Below, one piece after another: positions 27,771-34,963 of a stretch of 64,000 bases of DNA (positions are counted from its first letter, which is position 1; the number at the start of each line of letters is the position of its first letter). Both the position numbers and the translations under genes were made by a program. Source of the stretch: an uncultured Sphaerochaeta sp. (lineage in GTDB: Bacteria; Spirochaetota; Spirochaetia; Sphaerochaetales; Sphaerochaetaceae); the NCBI RefSeq assembly GCF_963677315.2, contig NZ_CAXXMJ010000002.1:516006-580005 (forward strand), read 5' to 3'. Below the pieces are notes generated by a model, which was not told the origin of the DNA, did no database searches, and saw only the letters and a program-made list of their open reading frames with translations.

Positions 27771-27799
27771 ATTCTATTACAGTATCGCTAACTTTTCAA
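27771..27799 (-). promoter_or_regulatory. Sigma70-type promoter candidate for the deoR-to-rhaB unit
   Basis: The minus strand reads TTGAAA-17 nt-TAGAAT, 34 nt upstream of the deoR ATG. It is flanked by CGAAAG / TTTCGAAA repeats. Confidence 0.55.
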
Positions 27800-27819
27800 G
27801 TGTTTTCGAAAGGGATTCG

Positions 27820-28131
27820 TCAATCCATATGAAAGACTTCCTCCAAGGGAAGCGAGATTGGGGAGTTGTCTTCATTCGTGTCCATAATATCAGCCATATA
27901 GGCCCACCACTTCTGGACAATGGGGTTGGAGCCAAGATCCTGGCTCCCCGACTCTCCCTCTGATTTCTGAAAAGCAAAGAGGAGACCACTGTCCCGGTCA
28001 AGAAAAATGGTATAGTCGAAAACCCCACTTTCCTTGAGAAGCGCCTTCAGCTCCGGCCAAATCTCATCATGACGCTTCTTGTACTCTTGTTCATATCCTT
28101 TCTTCAACTGCATGACAAATGCCTGTCTCAT
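27820..28131 (-). CDS. rhaM: L-rhamnose mutarotase
   Basis: 103 aa. It aligns by eye with E. coli RhaM/YiiL (from memory): AFVMQ, YKKRHDEIWPEL, LLFAF, QKWWAYMADIM, DNSP. Confidence 0.9.
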   Translation of the reverse strand: MRQAFVMQLKKGYEQEYKKRHDEIWPELKALLKESGVFDYTIFLDRDSGLLFAFQKSEGESGSQDLGSNPIVQKWWAYMADIMDTNEDNSPISLPLEEVFHMD

Positions 28132-28144
28132 GGGATGATCCCTC

Positions 28145-29188
28145 CTAATTTCTACTCATTTGCTGGAGTCGTAGCTTCCTGTTTGCCTTGTACATATCAA
28201 GCAATCGGGGAAGAAGAACCGCAGAGATGAGAAGCAATCCAATGACAATGGTCATCAGGGTTCCACTGAACTTCAACAAGCCCATACCGAACTTCAAGTA
28301 ACCGACCAACATGGAGCCAATGAAAACACCATACACACTTCCCTTGCCCCCGGTGATGGCAACACCACCAAGCACAACGAGGGTGATGATTTCCAAATCC
28401 CATCCGGTGGCAATGTTTGAGCGTACAGAGAGAATTCGACTGGCCAACAGTATAGAGGTAAGACCACAGAAGAATCCGGTAACGGTGAAGTTGATTATCC
28501 TCATGGTCTTTACCTTGATACCGGAGAACCGAGCCGCTTCAGCACTGTTTCCGATGGCATACAATCTTCTTCCATACGTTGTCTTATGCAAGACAAACGC
28601 AAAGACCAAAACCAAGACCAAGTAGAGAACAAACTCAAAGGGGATAATGGTACCAGGTATGAATTGCTGACCAAAGAACCCAAAATTCTCTGGGAATTCA
28701 GTACGTGCCTGATCTCCCAACAAACCAATTGCAATTCCCCTGAATACCGACTGTGTCGCAAGGGTGACCGCGATGGCCGGCATCTCGAGGGCTGTAATCA
28801 TCACCCCGTTGAATAACCCAGCGAGGGTTCCAACAAGTAGGGCAATGAATATAAGGGAAGGAATGGAAGCTCCCCCCTGTGCAGCATTGCCTACCGCATA
28901 TGCACAAAGAGCAATAATGGAGGCAATCGAGATGTCGATGTCACCACACATGATGATGAAGATCATAGGAAGGGCCATGATTGCCTTCTCACTGAATTGG
29001 AACGTTGCATTCATCAAATTGAACCAATCAAGGAAGTACGGGGTTCTGATAGTGAAAAAAACGAACACCAGTACAATGATAATGGAGAGCAGAACTTCCC
29101 ACTGGGTAAAATATTCAATCAACCGGTTCTTAAGCGACATTTCATCGATAAGCCGGGATTTTGCTACCAAATCTCTCTTTTCAGCCAT
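28145..29188 (-). CDS. rhaQ: Rhamnose-type CUT2 ABC transporter permease
   Basis: Polytopic RbsC-like permease. Position and order match the Rhizobium-type rhaSTPQ nomenclature, and it lies next to rhaM. Confidence 0.75.
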   Translation of the reverse strand: MAEKRDLVAKSRLIDEMSLKNRLIEYFTQWEVLLSIIIVLVFVFFTIRTPYFLDWFNLMNATFQFSEKAIMALPMIFIIMCGDIDISIASIIALCAYAVGNAAQGGASIPSLIFIALLVGTLAGLFNGVMITALEMPAIAVTLATQSVFRGIAIGLLGDQARTEFPENFGFFGQQFIPGTIIPFEFVLYLVLVLVFAFVLHKTTYGRRLYAIGNSAEAARFSGIKVKTMRIINFTVTGFFCGLTSILLASRILSVRSNIATGWDLEIITLVVLGGVAITGGKGSVYGVFIGSMLVGYLKFGMGLLKFSGTLMTIVIGLLLISAVLLPRLLDMYKANRKLRLQQMSRN

Positions 29189-29190
29189 AC

Positions 29191-30192
29191 CTAGCCTCTC
29201 CTCTGAGCAAGCAGCTTCTTCGTCTTTCGCTGGTCGCTGATGGTGTTGAGCGTCAATGCGATGAGAATGATCAAGCCTTGGACGAATGTTTGCCAGAAAA
29301 CTGACAGGTAGATAACCGGCAACGCATTGGTGACCACACCAAGGAAGAGCGTCCCCAGGACCACCCCGATAATGCCACCGGAGCCACCGGCGAAGTTGAC
29401 CCCACCAAGTACACAGGCTGCTACTGCCTGCATTTCAAACCCAGTTGCCATCTCATTCACTGCAGAAGCATAACGAGCGGTCCACAGAGCCCCTGCAAGG
29501 CCACAGAGCGTTCCACTGATAAGGAATACCACAACCCTGACCCTGCTCTCATTCACTCCTACAAATTTTGCTGCTGTCGGGTTTCCCCCGATTGCATAGA
29601 CTTCTCGTCCTGTGCGCGTATACCTGCTGAAGTAATAGAATACAGCAATGACAATAATGGCAATCCAGAGAAGGTTAGAAATTCCGAGGAAACTATTACG
29701 AGGGAAATCTATGTAGGATTTACTCATCTCATGGGCTGTAACCCACGTACCTCCACTGAGGAGAAAGGTAAGCCCGCGATAGATATTCACCGTACCCAAT
29801 GTGGTAATGATCGGGGGAATTTTTCCATAGGCAACCAACACACCATTGAAGAGACCCATCACCATTCCAATGCCCATTCCTGCAAGCAAGAGGAGCAAGG
29901 GGCTGACTGTAGGATTTGCCTCATTGATCATACCGGTAGCCATACCTGTGAAGGCGATAATGGAACCTACCGATAGGTCAATCCCGTTTGAGAGGATTAC
30001 ATAGAACTCACCAATGGCGACAATGGACAGGATAGCCATGTCGTTAAGGATAGTGGAGATGTTCTTCGCAGAAAGGAACTGCGGAGAGCGAACTGAAATC
30101 GGCACCAGGAGCACCACCAACAATACGGTGAGGGTTGCCTCCCTTCGGGCCAGTGCTTTCTTTACAAAGGAGGAGAAGGATAAGTCAGGCAT
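29191..30192 (-). CDS. rhaP: Rhamnose-type CUT2 ABC transporter permease
   Basis: Polytopic RbsC-like permease. Start placed at ATG 30192, with GGAGG 7 nt upstream and an 8-nt overlap with the ATPase stop. The listed start is 30225. Confidence 0.75.
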   Translation of the reverse strand: MPDLSFSSFVKKALARREATLTVLLVVLLVPISVRSPQFLSAKNISTILNDMAILSIVAIGEFYVILSNGIDLSVGSIIAFTGMATGMINEANPTVSPLLLLLAGMGIGMVMGLFNGVLVAYGKIPPIITTLGTVNIYRGLTFLLSGGTWVTAHEMSKSYIDFPRNSFLGISNLLWIAIIVIAVFYYFSRYTRTGREVYAIGGNPTAAKFVGVNESRVRVVVFLISGTLCGLAGALWTARYASAVNEMATGFEMQAVAACVLGGVNFAGGSGGIIGVVLGTLFLGVVTNALPVIYLSVFWQTFVQGLIILIALTLNTISDQRKTKKLLAQRRG

Positions 30193-31702
30193 TGGTGGCC
30201 TCCATCTGTACAGTTGCGATTGCATACCGCATTACTGACTCTGCTGTCGCTTCTTCTGCATCAAGAATGGCTGTCTGGTACCCTTCATGCATCACGACGA
30301 TCCGGTCTGACATTCCCAAGATTTCAGGAAGCTCACTACTGATCAAAATAACGGCAACACCCTTGTCCGCCATATCACAAACGAATTCGTGTACTGCTGC
30401 CTTCGTTGCTACATCAATACCCTTGGTAGGTTCATCAAGGATGAGAATCTTCGGATTTGTCCCAATCCACTTGGCGAGGACAACCTTCTGCTGGTTACCC
30501 CCACTGAGCGTTTCAGCATCGACATGGTACCCTGCAGATTTTATCTCCATCTGATCACCGTGTTCCTGGACATAATTAGATTCGGTCTTTTTCCTGGTCA
30601 CCAGACCTTTCCAGCAAAGATTGGTCAATACCGGTAGGCTGATATTATGGGTCAAACTCATTTTCAATACCAAACCCTGCTTCTGGCGATCTTCAGGCAC
30701 CAAGGCAATCCCTTTTCGCATGCTGTCAATGGCACCTTTGGGCATAAAGGGTTTCCCGAGTAAATGCATCGTCCCCTCACTGGCCTTGTCAATTCCAAAG
30801 ATAGTTCTCACTACCTCGCTGCGACCAGCTCCGACAAGCCCGAAGAGACCAAGAATCTCCCCTTCATGCAAATCAAAGGAGATGTCCTTGAAGGCACCAA
30901 GCTGACTGAGATGCTTAACCTCAAGCACCTTCTTACCAATCTTTGGTTCATGGTGGGGGTACATCTGGTCTATTGAGCGCCCGATCATCATGTTAATGAT
31001 CGTATCTTCGTTGCTCTCAGCTACCTTCCCTTCCCCGATATATTGTCCGTCACGGAAAACCGTGTAGTAATCACAAATTTCAAAAATCTCTTCAAACTTA
31101 TGGGAGATGAAGAGAATTGCCTTGCCCTCTTCCTTTAAGGAGCGGACTATCCTGAATAGATCATCGACCTCTCGGCCGGTAAGTGCACTGGTTGGCTCAT
31201 CCATGATGACCAGATCTGCATCAAGGCTGAGTGCCTTGACAATTTCCACCATGTGGCGCTGTGCAACACTGAGATTCTTGACCAGGGAGTCTGGATTGAT
31301 ATCGAGTTGCATCCTCTGGAGCAATCCCTGGGTATTCTCCTGCATGGTTTTCCAGTCAAGTTTTTTTGTTTTCGGATTCCTAAGGTGGTGTCCCATGTAG
31401 ATATTCTCTGTGACACTGAGCTCGGGAAACATGGATGCTTCCTGATGGATGGCTACAATCCCTGCCTGTTGGGCGTCGATTGCATTCTTGAAGGAGATTT
31501 CTTTCCCCTCAAAGGTCATTGTTCCACTGGTAGGGATATAGACTCCGGTGAGAATCTTCACCAAGGTGGACTTTCCTGCTCCGTTCTCTCCAATGAGGGC
31601 ATGCACTTCACCCCTTCGTAGGGAGAGATGTACATCATCCAAGGCTCTGATACCGGGAAACACCTTTGTTACGTGTTGTACTTCCAACAATGCCTGTTGC
31701 AT
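30185..31702 (-). CDS. rhaT: Rhamnose-type CUT2 ABC transporter ATP-binding protein (two ABC domains)
   Basis: Walker A GENGAGKST, signature LSGGNQQK, duplicated nucleotide-binding domains. Confidence 0.8.
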   Translation of the reverse strand: MQQALLEVQHVTKVFPGIRALDDVHLSLRRGEVHALIGENGAGKSTLVKILTGVYIPTSGTMTFEGKEISFKNAIDAQQAGIVAIHQEASMFPELSVTENIYMGHHLRNPKTKKLDWKTMQENTQGLLQRMQLDINPDSLVKNLSVAQRHMVEIVKALSLDADLVIMDEPTSALTGREVDDLFRIVRSLKEEGKAILFISHKFEEIFEICDYYTVFRDGQYIGEGKVAESNEDTIINMMIGRSIDQMYPHHEPKIGKKVLEVKHLSQLGAFKDISFDLHEGEILGLFGLVGAGRSEVVRTIFGIDKASEGTMHLLGKPFMPKGAIDSMRKGIALVPEDRQKQGLVLKMSLTHNISLPVLTNLCWKGLVTRKKTESNYVQEHGDQMEIKSAGYHVDAETLSGGNQQKVVLAKWIGTNPKILILDEPTKGIDVATKAAVHEFVCDMADKGVAVILISSELPEILGMSDRIVVMHEGYQTAILDAEEATAESVMRYAIATVQMEATNA

Positions 31703-31730
31703 TGTTCCTCCTTATGCAAGCAGATGCAAA

Positions 31731-31760
31731 GGCTCCCGCTTCCGAAGGGAAGCAGGAGCC
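31731..31760 (-). terminator. Strong hairpin between the SBP and ATPase genes (partial terminator or mRNA-stabilising structure)
   Basis: GGCTCC-C-GCTTCC gaag GGAAGC-A-GGAGCC: a 12-bp stem with one mismatch. On the minus strand it is followed by TTTGCATCTGC, so there is only a short U tract. Confidence 0.45.
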
Positions 31761-31773
31761 AGGTGTGATTCGA

Positions 31774-32787
31774 TTAATAGATCTCTGCGAACTTCTCGAT
31801 GTTGTCCTTGTTGAATACATAAGGAGTACTCATGAAGGCAATACCGTTCTCTTCGACCTTGATTGAGCCCATGCGACCAGCAGGAATCTCTTCTCCAGTT
31901 GCACCATCAACCGTCCCTTCAATAAGACCATTGAGGATGTAGGTGGAGCTGTATCCAAGGTCAATTGGATTCCACAGTGCCATCTGGCGACAGGTGCCGT
32001 CGAGGATGTAGCCCTTCATCTCTGAAGGAAGACCAAGACCGGTTACTTCAACAACGCCACTCTTTCCAGCGTCCTTGACAGCCTGTGCGGTTGCAAGCAG
32101 ACCAACAGTGGTCGGACAGATGATAGCCTTCAGGTTGGGATACTTCTGCATCAAGGAGACAGCTTCACGATAGCTCTTATCGGGGGCATCATCACCATAG
32201 ACGACTTCAACAAGCTTCATGTTGGAATAGTCAGCTTCCTTGATCTCTTCCTTCATCCACTCAATCCAGAGATTCTGGTTGGTAGCCTGAGCAGAAGCGG
32301 AAAGGACAGCAACATCACCCTTGTAGTCAGTCAGTTCAGCAGCAAGCTGAATCTGCTGGCGTCCAATGAGTTCGGGGTTACTGGGCAGGAGGTCAACAAT
32401 TCGTCCACCTGCGTTGATACCGGAGTCATAACTGATAACCTTGATACCGGCTGCCATGGCTTTCTTGGCTACAGGAATCAATGCATCTGCATCGTTTGCG
32501 CTGATGGCAATACCATCAACTCTCTGTGCGATCAAGGTCTCGATGATCTCAATCTGTCCCTCTGCAGTAGCCTGGGGAGGTGCCATATAGGTCGTCTTAA
32601 TCCCACCAAGCTCAGCGGCAGCTTCTTCACTACCTTTGAATACTGCATCAAAGAACCCATTTCCCATACTCTTTCCGAGAATGACAATCTCTTTTTCACC
32701 AGCTGGTGCTGCTTCCTTGGTTCCCTGGGCAAACATTGCACCAAGGGCCATGGTCATGATGAGAACAAACAACAACGTTTTCTTCAT
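31774..32787 (-). CDS. rhaS: Rhamnose-type ABC transporter substrate-binding protein
   Basis: Signal peptide MKKTLLFVLIMTMALGAMFAQ plus a type-1 PBP fold. It is the first gene of a unit that ends in rhaM. The rhamnose specificity is inferred from context. Confidence 0.7.
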   Translation of the reverse strand: MKKTLLFVLIMTMALGAMFAQGTKEAAPAGEKEIVILGKSMGNGFFDAVFKGSEEAAAELGGIKTTYMAPPQATAEGQIEIIETLIAQRVDGIAISANDADALIPVAKKAMAAGIKVISYDSGINAGGRIVDLLPSNPELIGRQQIQLAAELTDYKGDVAVLSASAQATNQNLWIEWMKEEIKEADYSNMKLVEVVYGDDAPDKSYREAVSLMQKYPNLKAIICPTTVGLLATAQAVKDAGKSGVVEVTGLGLPSEMKGYILDGTCRQMALWNPIDLGYSSTYILNGLIEGTVDGATGEEIPAGRMGSIKVEENGIAFMSTPYVFNKDNIEKFAEIY

Positions 32788-32922
32788 AACAAAACACTCC
32801 TTTTGAGAAATCTTCTCCGGGAAAACCCGGAACCTATCTGTACCTGGCAGAACACCAGGGCAAACAGCAAAACTACTGTCACAACTTCCTTTACTCTTAG
32901 TGTGACACCGATTTCAAAATCT

Positions 32923-32963
32923 GCAATAACTGAATAGTCATTTTTTAGCACGATTTTATCATG
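32923..32963. promoter_or_regulatory. Rhamnose-regulon motif, copy A (GCAATAAC-N2-AATAGTCA-N6-TAGCACGATTTTATCATG)
   Basis: It lies 136-176 nt upstream of the rhaS start. Bases 32933-32963 match copy B in 28 of 31 positions. The block 32903-32963 matches copy C in 43 of 61 positions (ungapped hand alignment). Confidence 0.6.
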
Positions 32964-33188
32964 AATGTATTTAGTTCGGCTGAATAAAAGGTACGCTTTG
33001 AGCGTAGAAGAATTTCTGAAAGCCTCCCAAAAGGGGGACTAGAGTATATCAAGTACGAGTATTCTCCATCTGCAATTTTACTTATCAAGAGTATATTACT
33101 ATTTCTCTATAGCGCATTATTCAAGAATAATTCATCGATTATCATGAACCCACTATCAGATATAGATACCTGTTGTTCACACTCTAAG

Positions 33189-33686
33189 TTAATATTGCTT
33201 ATACTTCCGTAAGAAGAGTGGCTTAATCCCTCCACATGCAATCATTGAGAGCATCTGCTCCCCAATAATCTCGCCTTGGAACACTCTCGTCCCCACCATC
33301 ACTTTCGCAGATTCCAGATCAACATGAACTACATCGCCATCAGTCACATGCCTATGAATATCCTTACAAACCAGCAAAGGCAACCCTAGATTTAAGGAGT
33401 TACGATAAAAGATTCTTGCAAAGGAAGATGCAATCACAAGTGGGATCCCGTAATTCAGCAAGGCGATTGGAGCATGCTCTCGACTTGAGCCACATCCAAA
33501 ATTTGTTGCCGCAACTACGATAGTCCCGGGTTTTATCTTATCTCGCTTATCACTGCTCAATCCTTCAAAGCAATGTTGAGAGACTTGTTTAGGCTCTGAA
33601 AATCCAAGATATCGTCCAGGATAAATCTGATCTGTATCAATATTTTTCCCTAATACAACTACATTACCAGTAAATTGAAAACTCAT
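33189..33686 (-). CDS. Aconitase-superfamily hydro-lyase small subunit (LeuD/HacB-like, 165 aa)
   Basis: Swivel-domain motifs NIDTDQIYPGRYL and NFGCGSSREHAP. 4-nt overlap with the large-subunit gene. Confidence 0.75.
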   Translation of the reverse strand: MSFQFTGNVVVLGKNIDTDQIYPGRYLGFSEPKQVSQHCFEGLSSDKRDKIKPGTIVVAATNFGCGSSREHAPIALLNYGIPLVIASSFARIFYRNSLNLGLPLLVCKDIHRHVTDGDVVHVDLESAKVMVGTRVFQGEIIGEQMLSMIACGGIKPLFLRKYKQY

Positions 33687-34951
33687 AGCATGGATCCTTT
33701 ATTGCTGAGCAGAGTTGGAGCAGCCAACATCCCTTGAATAGCACTCTCTGCAACGACAGCAGGAGAAGCAAGGTACAATTCTGCATCTCTGCTTCCCATA
33801 CGTCCTGGAAAATTTCTATTGGATGCTGTTACACACACTTCACCAGGGGCTAGTAACCCTTCATGAGCCCCCAAACACGGTCCGCAACCTGGAGATACCA
33901 GTGTAGCCCCTGCCTTAAGAAGCTTTTGCAGTGTTCCATCAGCAAGACAATGCATCATCACTTGATCCGATGCAGGAATAATCAATAATCGCGTACCTGA
34001 CGCGACATGCCTATCCCCAATGATCTTTGCTGCAATCTGGAAATCCTCCTCTCTTCCTCCTGTGCAGGTTCCAATTAAGCATTGGTCAACCTTGACTGAG
34101 GTAACCTGAGAAAGAGGAAGAACTGAATCCACACTGTGAGGTACCGCAATTTGCGACTCCAGTCCATCGATATTGAAAGAGAATTTCTGGAAGTATTGAT
34201 AGTCGTCGTCTGTCTCATAAACGGTATACTCACTCACCCCTTTCTCTGTGAGGTAGGATAATACCAATTCATCAGGATGAATATATGCTGTCTTTGCTCC
34301 CATCTCAACGGCAAGATTGCACAACACCATCTTGGAAGCAACTGACAGTTGTTCAACATACGAACCACAAAATTCTATTGCCTGATAAATTGCACCATCT
34401 GCCTTAAGCTTACCTACAACGAGCAATGCTACATCCTTTGCCATGGTCAGGGGGCCAGGAGTTCCTTCCAGACATATCTGGATGACCTCAGGAACTTTTA
34501 TCCATAACTGTCCCTCGATCATCACAGTTGCCATGTCTGTTGCACCGATACCGGTACCAAATGCTCCAAAAGCACCATGGGTTGTAGTATGGCTGTCAGT
34601 TGCTACAAAAAACATACCAGGATAAATCAATCCTGCTTCTGGAAGTACTTGGTGACAGACACCTTTCTCCACATCAAAGTGATGAGTCAGTTTCTGAGAA
34701 AGAGCAAATTCACGCATTTTTTTGTGATTCTCTGCTCCCTCAATGGAGGGAGATGGAGCATAGTGATCAAACACAAATGCAAGTTTTTCCCTATCCCACA
34801 CACGTGTTCCACCCATCTCATAAAAGGAACGAATAGCTTGAAGGTAAATATCATTTACTTCAGCAAAGTCGACATTCGCCATCACAATTTGTCCGGCTGT
34901 CACTTCTACCTTGCCAGAAGCCTTTGCTAGTATTTTTTCCAATGCATGCAT
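33683..34951 (-). CDS. Aconitase-superfamily hydro-lyase large subunit (LeuC/HacA-like, 422 aa)
   Basis: DSHTTTHGAFGAFGTGIG. Three Fe-S ligand cysteines lie in IGTCTGG and PGCGPCLG. NRNFPGRMG. The start is 12 nt after the glycosidase stop. Confidence 0.75.
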   Translation of the reverse strand: MHALEKILAKASGKVEVTAGQIVMANVDFAEVNDIYLQAIRSFYEMGGTRVWDREKLAFVFDHYAPSPSIEGAENHKKMREFALSQKLTHHFDVEKGVCHQVLPEAGLIYPGMFFVATDSHTTTHGAFGAFGTGIGATDMATVMIEGQLWIKVPEVIQICLEGTPGPLTMAKDVALLVVGKLKADGAIYQAIEFCGSYVEQLSVASKMVLCNLAVEMGAKTAYIHPDELVLSYLTEKGVSEYTVYETDDDYQYFQKFSFNIDGLESQIAVPHSVDSVLPLSQVTSVKVDQCLIGTCTGGREEDFQIAAKIIGDRHVASGTRLLIIPASDQVMMHCLADGTLQKLLKAGATLVSPGCGPCLGAHEGLLAPGEVCVTASNRNFPGRMGSRDAELYLASPAVVAESAIQGMLAAPTLLSNKGSML

Positions 34952-34963
34952 CTACACTAACCC

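Noticed and set aside
32943-32960. A sigma54 (-24/-12) reading of the TAGCACGATTTTATC core of the three-copy motif
   Set aside because: The invariant GG of the -24 element and GC of the -12 element are not present (AG and TC). In copy C the spacing to TGC is one base short. On the plus strand nothing lies downstream in copies A and C except antisense gene ends.
32961-32987. An 8-codon mini-ORF (ATGAATGTATTTAGTTCGGCTGAATAA) starting at the ATG inside motif copy A
   Set aside because: It has no SD and is not conserved in copy C, which has no ATG there. In copy B the corresponding ATG is the AraC ORF start. It is most likely coincidental.
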